Origin: an uncultured Nitrososphaerota archaeon
Lineage (GTDB): Archaea > Thermoproteota > Nitrososphaeria > Nitrososphaerales > Nitrosopumilaceae
DNA: 64,000 nt
Direction of reading: 5' to 3'
Assembly: GCA_963701075.1 (NCBI GenBank)
Contig: OY969559.1
Location: 1,184,577 to 1,248,576, forward strand
Shown here piece by piece: positions 31,455 through 41,226 of the stretch. The notes below the pieces were generated by a model. That model was not told where the DNA came from. It did not search any database and worked only from the letters and a program-made list of their open reading frames with translations. The position numbers and the translations under genes are program-made. The first letter of the stretch is position 1, and the number at the start of each line of letters is the position of its first letter.

Positions 31455-32546
31455 CTAACTTGTCTTCAGCTGCTTGCCACAGCTGGAACAGAACTTAGAA
31501 TCAGTAGCGATATGTGCACCACATTGTGGACATAGAATTCCTTCCTGTGGTTTTGGTTGCTGTATTTGTTGTTGACTTGAACCGCAGTTTGGGCAGAAAC
31601 TGTTGGAGGTAGGCATCATCATGCTGCATTTGGGACATTGTTTCATTGGCGGCTGGTACATTCCTTGCCCCATCTGACCTGCCATGGCATACCCTATTCC
31701 AGTGCCTGCTCCGAATCCTACTCCCATGCCGGCTCCTAAACCTGCAATTCCTCCTTGATTCTTTGCAGCATCTGTCATTGCCTGCCCTGCTTGGTATTGC
31801 ATGTAATTGACTCCAAGCACTGACATTTCTGACCGTGTGTTGATTGCCTTTTGCACCTCTTCTGGTAGACTGATTGTAATTCCTGATATCTTGTTAATTT
31901 CTATTCCATACTGTCCAAAGTTAGTTGGCGCATTGGCAAGTACAATTTGTTCAATGTTTTGAAGATTGGTGGCAATGTCGGTAATTTTCAAACCATTGTC
32001 TTTCATCTTTCCTATTGCATTGAACACAAGAAGAACCATCTGCTGCTTGAGCCTTGTCTCTATGTCATCTGAGGTCTGGGCTGCAAATGTTCCAACAAAT
32101 TGGTTGATAAAGTTCTCAGGTTGTGATATTTTCCATCTAAATTCTCCAAATATTCTAAGATTCACTATGCCAAAGACAGGATCGACAAATTGGTACGGCT
32201 CTGCTGAACCAAATTTGCCGTCAAGATATCTGTTCTGCAAATAGTAGACTTCTGCTGCCTGCTGCACTCCAGTGAAGAATTTTAAAAGACCGCCAACTAT
32301 TGGCGCATTAAAATCGGTAAGGGCGTATCTGTTTGGCTTATCAAAATAAGTCAAAGCCTTTCCGTCTCTGAAAAAGACGGCAATCTCGTCTTCTCTGATC
32401 ACAATGTTGTCATTTAGTCTGATAAGGCGTGGAACCTTCCACATTATGTTGCCTTCCTTGTATTGTGAATTCCACTCTATTGTGGTAGACCCTGCTATGC
32501 TACTGCCTCCTCCTACACCACTTGGATCTTTTTTATGCCCAAACAT
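31455..32546 (-). CDS. SPFH/Band-7-like (Band_7_1 type) protein with Gly-rich linker and C-terminal double zinc ribbon
   Basis: 363 aa; core resembles the SPFH Band_7_1 family pattern (IAVFFRDGKALTYFDKPNRYALTD...VDPVFGIVNLRIFGEFRWKI); CPKCS...CPNCG and CPQCGA...CSSCG. Confidence 0.5.
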   Translation of the reverse strand: MFGHKKDPSGVGGGSSIAGSTTIEWNSQYKEGNIMWKVPRLIRLNDNIVIREDEIAVFFRDGKALTYFDKPNRYALTDFNAPIVGGLLKFFTGVQQAAEVYYLQNRYLDGKFGSAEPYQFVDPVFGIVNLRIFGEFRWKISQPENFINQFVGTFAAQTSDDIETRLKQQMVLLVFNAIGKMKDNGLKITDIATNLQNIEQIVLANAPTNFGQYGIEINKISGITISLPEEVQKAINTRSEMSVLGVNYMQYQAGQAMTDAAKNQGGIAGLGAGMGVGFGAGTGIGYAMAGQMGQGMYQPPMKQCPKCSMMMPTSNSFCPNCGSSQQQIQQPKPQEGILCPQCGAHIATDSKFCSSCGKQLKTS

Positions 32547-32594
32547 TTACAGTTCACTTTTTACCTTTCTTATTATTATCATTTCTATTGATTC

Positions 32595-33152
32595 CTACTT
32601 TGTCACCAATATGTTTTCAACAGATTCAAGCCTCTGCTTCCAGGCGTGTTTAAAGTCTTCTAGCATGGGGCTAATCTTGGCAGCGATTGCTTGTGCAGTT
32701 GATGTTCCAGAGGTATATTCGGTCAATGATCCTGTAACTGTAGAAGAGATCTGTTCAGCGCTATTGACAAAATTATAATCATATTCGTATAGCTTGTTCA
32801 GCGTATTCTCGTCGATTCTTATGTTAGGAGATATGCCTGCAGAGCCTTGCTGGGAGTGAAGCACCTCTCCTGAAACTTGTTGCATCTGTGAAATGATTGA
32901 TCCAACTGAAGTCAGACTAGTAAAATCGCCCTTGTCAGACATTGCTTTTCTCAATGTCTCCAATTTGCTTTTTGACTCGTCAAGTTTATCAAAAACTTGT
33001 TTTCGCAATAACTCATCTGCTGCCCTGATATCTTCTAGTTTGCGATATTCTTTGAGTGCAGGTATGGCAAGCTGCAGCTTTTTGAAAAAGCCACGGCTTT
33101 GGTCTACTTTTTCTCTTAGGTCTGGATTATTTCCTGACATTATGTTCACCAT
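32595..33152 (-). CDS. Coiled-coil protein (PspA/ESCRT-III-like guess)
   Basis: 185 aa, predominantly helical/heptad; first gene of a three-gene same-strand cluster. Confidence 0.3.
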   Translation of the reverse strand: MVNIMSGNNPDLREKVDQSRGFFKKLQLAIPALKEYRKLEDIRAADELLRKQVFDKLDESKSKLETLRKAMSDKGDFTSLTSVGSIISQMQQVSGEVLHSQQGSAGISPNIRIDENTLNKLYEYDYNFVNSAEQISSTVTGSLTEYTSGTSTAQAIAAKISPMLEDFKHAWKQRLESVENILVTK

Positions 33153-33225
33153 ATGTAATTACATCGCTTAAGGATTGCGTAACTAATGTAATGTTGATAA
33201 TTTCACAAAGGCATGTCATGGGTTT

Positions 33226-34020
33226 CTATACCACGATTATTCCGTTGGTGATGAGCCACTGGATTCCTTTTACAAAGTCGCCATCAGAGATTTGTCCCTC
33301 TGCCCACCAGCCAGCATTGGTTTTAATCCATGATGGAATCGGGGGTGTCCCAGATGTTGTAGTTGAACCACCTGATTGTGTTGGTATTTGTATTATTCCA
33401 TGCTGTATCAGGTATTGTAGACCTTGAATGAATTGGCTGTCTCCTATCTGTCCCTGTGACCACCACTTTGCATTGTTTTTGACCCATGCTGGAATCACTG
33501 TGTTTTGAGTCCCATTGGATGGTGCAGGTGTTGTTGAATTGGTACTTGCAGTTGAACTGGCACTTGTAGAGTTGGTACTTGCAGTTGATCCTCCCCCGAG
33601 ATTAATGGTAAATGTTGCAGTCTCTGGTGGTATCGGCTGGAAAAGTATTCCGTCTACTTCTACAATCACTTGATATGTTGCAGCATCAGGTAATTGACAT
33701 GGAATGGTAACTGATCCCTCTGCTGTATGCAGTACTGGAGTACCGCAGATCTGATTGCTTCCTTCCATCACGGCTACCTTGTAGTCTATGTGTGGTTGAA
33801 CCGCCTGAGTTGATTTATTGATAAAGCTTATCTGAAGATTTGTAGAATTGCCGGGGATTGGATTTGAAGGATCTGTTGCAAAGCCAACATCAATGGTTCC
33901 GCCGCTTGTTGGTTTGATGACTTGATCGGCATAGGCTGGTATTACCATAATTGTAACAATTGCTAAAAATCCAAAATATATCGATAGTTTTCCCTTGGAG
34001 CCAAAACCTGTGCCTCTCAT
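33226..34020 (-). CDS. Secreted protein: signal peptide, Ig-like region, Thr/Ser-rich linker and two C-terminal IPxW(V/I)KxNAxWWxxGQIxDxxF repeats
   Basis: 264 aa; repeats IPAWVKNNAKWWSQGQIGDSQFIQGLQYLIQHGII and IPSWIKTNAGWWAEGQISDGDFVKGIQWLITNGII. Confidence 0.5.
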   Translation of the reverse strand: MRGTGFGSKGKLSIYFGFLAIVTIMVIPAYADQVIKPTSGGTIDVGFATDPSNPIPGNSTNLQISFINKSTQAVQPHIDYKVAVMEGSNQICGTPVLHTAEGSVTIPCQLPDAATYQVIVEVDGILFQPIPPETATFTINLGGGSTASTNSTSASSTASTNSTTPAPSNGTQNTVIPAWVKNNAKWWSQGQIGDSQFIQGLQYLIQHGIIQIPTQSGGSTTTSGTPPIPSWIKTNAGWWAEGQISDGDFVKGIQWLITNGIIVV

Positions 34021-34156
34021 GTGTTACCTTGTTGTAGACTATATATAAAAAAACTGGAACAAGGATCAGCATTCCTTTTAAATTTTGGTGTTAGGCGGTG
34101 GCCCTGAAAAGATTCAAAAATTCAGCAGCTTTTCTTTATTTGTGCATGAACAATAA

Positions 34157-35440
34157 ATGATTATTAGAAATTTTAAGCAGCTTGCAACAACTGGCAACAA
34201 AAAATTAGCATTATCGATAGTTGAGCAGGGAATTTCTAACGCCTTGCCCAATGCCGCCTTGGGAAAGATTGTAAAACAAAACTTTCTCCAGATGGGAAGA
34301 AAAAAGATATCACTTGAGAGATATCGACGGATCTACATAGTTGCTATTGGAAAATCAGCAGATTTGATGACAAGTACCGTGGATTCGTTAACTAGGATTC
34401 ATGGGGGAATGGTGGTTATACCAGACAAGACTTGTTCTTTGATTAGGAAAAAAAAATTCACCTTGATACGATCAGGCCATCCTGTTCCTACAGCAAATAG
34501 TATCATGGCTACCAAAAAAATTATCGCGTTCCTCAAGTTATTGGAGGGAACAGACTTGGTCATATTTCTAATCTCTGGCGGTGCATCTTCACTAGTGTCT
34601 CTCCCTGATGGAATATCATTGCAAGATAAACAACTCGTGACTCATCTCCTGCTAAGATCTGGCGCGAACATACGTGAGATAAACTGTGTAAGAAAACATC
34701 TATCTAAAGTAAAAGGCGGAAGGCTGGTAGAATCGCTTAGGTGCCATGCTGTATCGCTTGTAATGTCAGATGTGGTAGGAGATGATCTGTCTGTGATCGC
34801 ATCTGGAATCACATATTGTGACAAATCTACTTTTTGTGATGCAAAAAAAGTTCTAATAAAATATCATCTCAAAAATCTAGTTCCAAAGCCGGTCTGGGCA
34901 AGAATTATTCTTGGAACAAAAGGGGTCATACCTGAAACTCCAAAAAAACCCAAGATTCCAAATTACATTATTCAATCTAACCGAAACTGTGTTGATCTCA
35001 TGAAAACTCGTGCACAAAAACTCGGATTTGCCACAAAAGCAATCTATTCTATAGAAGGCAATGTGAGTGATGCAGCATCTGAAATTTCAAAACATGTTTC
35101 AAGATCTCAAAACTTTTGTCTTGTCTTTGGAGGCGAGACGACCGTTGCAGTAAAAGGAAAAGGAAAAGGTGGACGAAATCAGGAACTAGTCTTGAATCTG
35201 TTGAAGAAATTAAAAGATCGTGACAAGAAAATGACTATTGTATCTGTAGGGACTGACGGAATAGACGGAAATACTCTTGCTGCAGGCTCTATTGCAGATT
35301 ATTCCATGCCACTAGAGCCTATCGGCAAATATCTAAATGAGAATAATTCGTATCACTACTTTAAGAAATATGGCGGATTGATCTTTACAGGATCGACTCA
35401 CACCAATCTTATGGATATTGGTTTGGTGTTACTGCAATAG
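34157..35440 (+). CDS. Glycerate kinase (MOFRL family)
   Basis: 427 aa; DLVIFLISGGASSL and GTDGIDG motifs typical of MOFRL glycerate 2-kinase. Confidence 0.75.
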   Translation: MIIRNFKQLATTGNKKLALSIVEQGISNALPNAALGKIVKQNFLQMGRKKISLERYRRIYIVAIGKSADLMTSTVDSLTRIHGGMVVIPDKTCSLIRKKKFTLIRSGHPVPTANSIMATKKIIAFLKLLEGTDLVIFLISGGASSLVSLPDGISLQDKQLVTHLLLRSGANIREINCVRKHLSKVKGGRLVESLRCHAVSLVMSDVVGDDLSVIASGITYCDKSTFCDAKKVLIKYHLKNLVPKPVWARIILGTKGVIPETPKKPKIPNYIIQSNRNCVDLMKTRAQKLGFATKAIYSIEGNVSDAASEISKHVSRSQNFCLVFGGETTVAVKGKGKGGRNQELVLNLLKKLKDRDKKMTIVSVGTDGIDGNTLAAGSIADYSMPLEPIGKYLNENNSYHYFKKYGGLIFTGSTHTNLMDIGLVLLQ

Positions 35441-35812
35441 TGGAGATGCCCTGTTTTGCTGTGACTCGATCAGATGATACTTAACCTGTAGCCCTCTCTG
35501 ATCTATTAATTGCTGGATAAATTTAGTTTTAGAAATTATGAATGGATCGCTGACAATTTTATTTTCTGCAAGATGTTCAAACATAGATTTTAGATCAAGC
35601 ATGACATTTACAGTGTCAGCATTTTTTATTATGAATCTGCCAATCCCCCAGAAGATGCCAACATGCAGCGCAATGTATTTTGATTGTTCTGTAGACACTA
35701 TGCCATAGTAATTTTCTGCATGAACTCTGGTCTGTTCTACTTGCGTCTCATTATTTTCAATTATCCATGATATTGTTTTTGTGTTTCCATCAAAATAGTA
35801 AGTGTGATCCAT
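35429..35812 (-). CDS. Hypothetical protein
   Basis: 127-aa ORF. Confidence 0.3.
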   Translation of the reverse strand: MDHTYYFDGNTKTISWIIENNETQVEQTRVHAENYYGIVSTEQSKYIALHVGIFWGIGRFIIKNADTVNVMLDLKSMFEHLAENKIVSDPFIISKTKFIQQLIDQRGLQVKYHLIESQQNRASPLLQ

Positions 35813-35882
35813 ATGTCAATCAAAAAGGCGTTGATTGTCTATATATTTTGAATATACAACTGAATAACAAAAATAAAAATCT

Positions 35883-36095
35883 GTGTTCGTGCTAGAAGCT
35901 AATTCATTCTTCACAAATATGGTCGACGAGTTAGTCGAGTTCTCAGCATATGATCCGGAGCTTGCTGAAGGACTCAAGTGGATCGACAGCGAAGCACAAA
36001 AACGAGGAATCACTTTCTATGAGATGGTCTTTCATGTTCTTCACAGATATGACGTCGATACGCGTGCAAAGGACTGGCTTTCAAAAAGAAATTAA
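35883..36095 (+). CDS. Small hypothetical protein, paralog of 40611-40850
   Basis: 70 aa; shares GI(T/S)FY(E/D)M...VL motif with the 79-aa ORF at 40611. Confidence 0.35.
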   Translation: MFVLEANSFFTNMVDELVEFSAYDPELAEGLKWIDSEAQKRGITFYEMVFHVLHRYDVDTRAKDWLSKRN

Positions 36096-36178
36096 GATCT
36101 AAATTTTAGTAACACTATAGATATCTGAAAATTGATCTTCAGGCAATCTTTAAGATCATCTAGAGCACATTTCTTGAC

Positions 36179-36619
36179 ATGGAAAAGAAATTCAAAAGAG
36201 CACCAAGGAAACTTTTTGACAGGTTTTCATCATATTTTCCGTATTCTACGGTGGACATTGTTATACGAAACAGTGACTCTTTCATCTTGGCAAAAAGGAC
36301 AATTCCTCCATACAAAAACAAATGGAATCTTCCTGGCGGAGTTGTTTTTAAAACAGAAAAGTTGGTTGATGCTGCAAAAAGAGTTACAAAAGAAGAACTT
36401 GGAATAACTGTCACGACTGAAAGGTTTCTTGGAGTTTATGAAAACCCCGTCTTATCAAGGCATGACATATCACATGTTTTTATTGCATCCATTTTAAAAG
36501 GAAAAATAGTGCGTGATTTTCAGAGTAGTGAAGTAAAATTCTTTAAAAATGCTCCGCAAAACATGGTGCCATACCAGAAAAAAATAGTGCGTGATGCGCA
36601 GTTATTTTTTGAAAGTTAA
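36179..36619 (+). CDS. NUDIX hydrolase
   Basis: 146 aa; Nudix box GGVVFKTEKLVDAAKRVTKEELGI (Gx5Ex7REUxEExGU). Confidence 0.75.
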   Translation: MEKKFKRAPRKLFDRFSSYFPYSTVDIVIRNSDSFILAKRTIPPYKNKWNLPGGVVFKTEKLVDAAKRVTKEELGITVTTERFLGVYENPVLSRHDISHVFIASILKGKIVRDFQSSEVKFFKNAPQNMVPYQKKIVRDAQLFFES

Positions 36620-36983
36620 TCTAGGTTACTGCTGAACAAATATCGCCGAACACATCTGGATTGTATTGTCCGGCATACATCTTGATGCTCTTGTCGCGCG
36701 GAATAATTTTGCAAATCACCTGCGGAATGAGAAAATCAGCCATAACGTATACGCCTATGAGCAAACATCCAACTACAATAATAATGCCAAATGGTATCTT
36801 CATATCTTGGCAGTGTAGTGGGCCTGTATAATAATCATTTAGTGGTTTTTCTAACTTGAGCTTTGTTTGTCATTCCTCTCGATCTATCCTGTCTTACACT
36901 CTACCTTGCTTCATAAACACATTCCACCACGTCTATCATAATTGACGAAAGACACGATAGGTGAGTTTCTTCAAGTAAAATGA

Positions 36984-39128
36984 TTATTTCGGTAACACTA
37001 TTGTAAAGACCGTAGGGTTTGGATTTACAGATATTGTTCCACCGTGTTGAGCAATGATATTTTTACAATATGGCAATCCCAAGCCTGTACCACTTTTTTT
37101 AGTGGTAAATAGCGGGTCAAAAATTCTAGGCATGATCTCAGGCGGAATGCTCTCTCCTGAATTTTCTACTTCTATAATCACATCCGTTCCTGTCTCCTTA
37201 CTTCTTACTATTATTTTTCCAGTGTTTCCCATTGCTTCAATGGCATTGGTAAATAGATTCATGAATACAACTTGAATTTTGTGAGGATCACACCTACAAA
37301 CAATGTCCTTCTCTGGTAATTGTATGGATATAGTATCTGGTTTTTTGACCAAGCTTACTGCATCGTTTAAAATTTCATTCAGAGATTTCTTTTCTAATTC
37401 TAGCGTTTCGTCTCTAATGAAATTCATGAGATCTTCTATCTGGGTAAGCATGGAGTCTGAAGCCTTCTTGATCGCCTCACTTTTTGCAATAATGTTTTCA
37501 TTGCCGTCTTTTTTTGCTACCATATTGATAAGTTCTGCATTCATCATCATGACATGAAGGGGATTTCGAAGATTGTGGTTCATTTGGGATATCTTCTCTC
37601 CAATTGACGCAAGCTTGGCAGACTGTTTTTTTTCCTTTCTTAGGTTTTCATTTACTTCCTCTAATCTTCCTACTAGTCTGAGCACCTCTTTGTACTGCTC
37701 TTGTAGCCTCTGGTTATTTGCCTCTAGGGTTTTCCTGACATCGTAAATCTCAGTCATGTCTCTCAGAGAGACAGTTCTTCCTATCACTTTGCCATTATAA
37801 TCATAGATGTTGGTACCGCTAAGCAGTGCTGGAAATACAGTCTTGTCCTTTCTCTTTAACCATATCTCTTTGTTTATTATTTTTCTACTGGTCTTCCACT
37901 CTTTGAATTGTGACGACATTTCAGTCAGACTATTTTCTGCCGTATGATCCAGAATTGGCATTCCTACGGCTTCTTCTCTAGTGTATCCAAGATTTTCTGC
38001 GTAAGCTCTGTTGCAATCTGTAATGATTCCATTGAGATCTATAGTTCGTAAAAGATCCGGTGAATTTTCATACAAGTTTCTGTATTTCAGTCCTAATTCT
38101 GTTTCTATTCTTGAAGCTTTCAGACTCTTTCTGATTAAAAAGAGTATAACGCATATCGTTATTGTAAAAACTATTACTAATTCAATAATTTGCGAGAAGT
38201 AAATAGCGTTGGAATCTGCATAGATCGAGTCTGTAGGGGTGATAACAAAGACAAAATATTGATTTTCACCGTTTATCTCAACAGGATATCCAGTGTTGAT
38301 TCTTTCACCGCCAAAATTGTAGATGGATGATGACGGAGTACCTGAAAACACTGTGCTGTACTGTTTGTTCTGTACATCATTTCTTCCAAAATATGATTGA
38401 ACTTTATCGCTAAAGTAGCTATCACCGATTAGAAATTTTCTTGGAGTTGAAAGATATGTCTGATTCTTGTCAAAGATGTTAGAAAATTGTGATTGTGTGC
38501 TTGACGCATTTGCAAGTTTACTAAAATAAAGATCAGATGGTGTACTTGCGCCTATTATTCCTATTAGATTCTTATCCTTATCAAAAATAGGATATGATAC
38601 AGCTATTCTGAATTTACCATCAATACCATAAAAGCCATTAGAAACCTGTTCTTTCAAAGTGGAATGAACTGTTTTAATATCTTCTCTGTATGCTAGGCTT
38701 TTACCATTAAAGGTCAGATTATTGTAATTAACTCCATCAATTATGATATCATTTTTATCTAGAAGGTACAAAATCGTGTCAGGAAAATCTTGTTCAACAT
38801 TTTGAAATGTGTTCTCTAGCATGCTATGTGTTTGTTCACTTTGAAAATTCTTGACATCAGACAAGTCTGCCGCACTGTCTCCAATTTTTGTTTCAATATC
38901 TTCCAACTGGGAACTAACTGCTAATGCAATTACATGATTATCTATTAATTGCAGATTCGCTTGTTTTTTTAATAAAGACTCTGTAACACTTGCTTGATTT
39001 AATTCCAATATCGTAAATACAACAAAAAATACTGCTATTATTATTACAACAAGAATTATCTCAATGAAATAAGTACGAAGTATTTCAGAATTTATACTAC
39101 TTTTCACAATGTAAAAGGTTATTTCCAT
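36984..39128 (-). CDS. Sensor histidine kinase (N-terminal TM, double Cache-like extracytoplasmic domain, second TM, PAS, HisKA, HATPase_c)
   Basis: 714 aa; H-box MNHNLRNPLH, HATPase motifs (NLFTNAIEAM, VENSGESIP, GTGLGL). Confidence 0.8.
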   Translation of the reverse strand: MEITFYIVKSSINSEILRTYFIEIILVVIIIAVFFVVFTILELNQASVTESLLKKQANLQLIDNHVIALAVSSQLEDIETKIGDSAADLSDVKNFQSEQTHSMLENTFQNVEQDFPDTILYLLDKNDIIIDGVNYNNLTFNGKSLAYREDIKTVHSTLKEQVSNGFYGIDGKFRIAVSYPIFDKDKNLIGIIGASTPSDLYFSKLANASSTQSQFSNIFDKNQTYLSTPRKFLIGDSYFSDKVQSYFGRNDVQNKQYSTVFSGTPSSSIYNFGGERINTGYPVEINGENQYFVFVITPTDSIYADSNAIYFSQIIELVIVFTITICVILFLIRKSLKASRIETELGLKYRNLYENSPDLLRTIDLNGIITDCNRAYAENLGYTREEAVGMPILDHTAENSLTEMSSQFKEWKTSRKIINKEIWLKRKDKTVFPALLSGTNIYDYNGKVIGRTVSLRDMTEIYDVRKTLEANNQRLQEQYKEVLRLVGRLEEVNENLRKEKKQSAKLASIGEKISQMNHNLRNPLHVMMMNAELINMVAKKDGNENIIAKSEAIKKASDSMLTQIEDLMNFIRDETLELEKKSLNEILNDAVSLVKKPDTISIQLPEKDIVCRCDPHKIQVVFMNLFTNAIEAMGNTGKIIVRSKETGTDVIIEVENSGESIPPEIMPRIFDPLFTTKKSGTGLGLPYCKNIIAQHGGTISVNPNPTVFTIVLPK

Positions 39129-39280
39129 AATATTAAGGAGCAGTTTTCTTATTTTAAAAAATTAGATACCATCTTTATCTCAGAGGCGATACACAAGATA
39201 GTAAAAGAAGATGACTCGAGGCGTTAGAGTTGTATTGTAATGGCGCTTTGTGTAGTTTAACTAATCAATTTCCAATCATG

Positions 39281-40453
39281 TCATACTGCCGCTTGTCTTT
39301 TTTCAATAGGTACGTACTCGCAACCTGAGGGCCCACAATATTTTCCTACGTACACTGCCTTTGGTCTGTAAAGCATGGGCTTTGGCTGGGCTTCGGCAAA
39401 TTTTTCTTCAATGATGTGTGCGGTCCATCCAGCAGCTCTGGAAATCGCAAAGATTGGAGTGTTAAGATCCATGGGTATGCCTAGCATGTAGTATGTTGAT
39501 GCACTGTACAGGTCTACATTTGGAAAAATGTCTGACCCCTTTACCTTTTTCATTTCTTCTTCTGTCACGTCCTCTACTTTCTTTGTTATTCTGTACCAGG
39601 GCTGTCCTGTCTTCTCTGACAGTCTGCGAGAAAGTTCTCTCAAGACTTCGGCTCTAGGATCAAATGTCTTATACACTGCATGACCCATTCCCATTATCCT
39701 TTCGCCTTTTGCAAGTTTTTCTTTTATCTTGGACTCTGCTCTATCTTCGGTTTGAATATCTAAAAGCATCTTCATGACTTGAAAGTTTGCTCCTCCGTGA
39801 AGCTCCCCACTGAGTGCCCCTATCGCAGCACCGACTGCGGCATACATGTGAGCCCGAGTTGAGGCCACTTCTCTTGCAGCAAAGGTAGATGCGTTAAAAC
39901 TGTGTTCAGCATGTAAAATCAAACATATATCAAAAATTCTTGCAACCTCTGGATCTGGCTCCTTTCCAGTCAGCATGTAGAGAAAATTTCCTGCATGACC
40001 TAACTTCTTTGAAGGCCTAACAACGTCTTTGTCATTTCTAATTCTATCCCAATATGCTATGATTATTGGAATCTTTGAGATTAGATCTATTGCCCTGTTA
40101 TAATTGGCCTTATGGTCGTCTCCTTTTTCCTTGTCATAGACGGCTAATTCTGATATGCGGGACTGGATGACATCCATCGGGTTGGCTGTCTTGGGAAGAT
40201 TTTTTAGATTTTTCTCAATGTTTTCTGGTATCTCTCTTGTTTCAACCAATTTGCTTGCAAATTCATCTAAAGTCTTATCCGTTGGAAGGTCATCATTGAG
40301 GAGTAGACAGGCCGTTTCCTCAAAATTGGATTTTTTTACCAGGTCTAAAATGTCATATCCTCTATAGATTAGTTTTCCATTGATGCCATCTATTGCACAA
40401 ATTTTTGTATCTGCAACTTCGATATTTCGAAGTCCTATGTTCTTTGTTTCCAC
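39281..40453 (-). CDS. Citrate synthase
   Basis: 390 aa; GHAVYKTFDPRA and catalytic His/Asp context typical of type I citrate synthases. Confidence 0.9.
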   Translation of the reverse strand: METKNIGLRNIEVADTKICAIDGINGKLIYRGYDILDLVKKSNFEETACLLLNDDLPTDKTLDEFASKLVETREIPENIEKNLKNLPKTANPMDVIQSRISELAVYDKEKGDDHKANYNRAIDLISKIPIIIAYWDRIRNDKDVVRPSKKLGHAGNFLYMLTGKEPDPEVARIFDICLILHAEHSFNASTFAAREVASTRAHMYAAVGAAIGALSGELHGGANFQVMKMLLDIQTEDRAESKIKEKLAKGERIMGMGHAVYKTFDPRAEVLRELSRRLSEKTGQPWYRITKKVEDVTEEEMKKVKGSDIFPNVDLYSASTYYMLGIPMDLNTPIFAISRAAGWTAHIIEEKFAEAQPKPMLYRPKAVYVGKYCGPSGCEYVPIEKRQAAV

Positions 40454-40610
40454 TAGCTTTCATTGCGTCAAATGTGTATTAAAAATCTACTATACAATAC
40501 GTCTAGTTTACATAGGAAAATAATTATGACTTGATAAAAATGGCGGAAAATTAAGTACTTGGTCTAATCTCACAACTCTATAGCATATAGCAAAATTTCC
40601 AAAGGACTGC

Positions 40611-40850
40611 ATGAAAATGGTTCAATTAGAAGAGGACTTTATCAAATTAGTTGATAGTTTCGTGGTTGAAACCCGGGATCAGAAAATCTTGGATGAAATA
40701 TCACAACTTGACAGGGAATCAAGACTACTTGGAATCTCATTTTATGACATGTATTGTCTGGTTTTACAAGATGAGACAAAGCACAGAAACTTGGTTTCAG
40801 AATTCAAACATTACACGGGTCTGAAAAAACCATCTACTTTTGTAGCTTGA
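40611..40850 (+). CDS. Small hypothetical protein, paralog of 35883-36095
   Basis: 79 aa. Confidence 0.35.
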   Translation: MKMVQLEEDFIKLVDSFVVETRDQKILDEISQLDRESRLLGISFYDMYCLVLQDETKHRNLVSEFKHYTGLKKPSTFVA

Positions 40851-41226
40851 ATCAATTATTGAAATCGCGTCGTTTTTGATTTAAATCGAGTATTAAAATG
40901 CGTCTATTTTGATTTTCTAAAGGATTTCACAACATTTTCCAGACTGCTTCTTAACATCATCATTCCATCATTGTTATTGGCATAGGGGGGAAAAATCGCA
41001 GATGTCTTAAATCAAATCGAGAGCAGACCTTCAAGCAGATCTGAAAAAAGCGTCGAGCACGATCAGAGAAGCAATTGATGACATGATGGATAGCACTTCA
41101 CCAAGACAAATGGGAAGTAAGTGTAGACAAAGAATTACAAGATTCAGATTGGAAGCGAAATGTAGAATCGTGATCATTATGAAAATCTAATGAAATTTAA
41201 TACCTAATTATTGATTCATAAATAGA

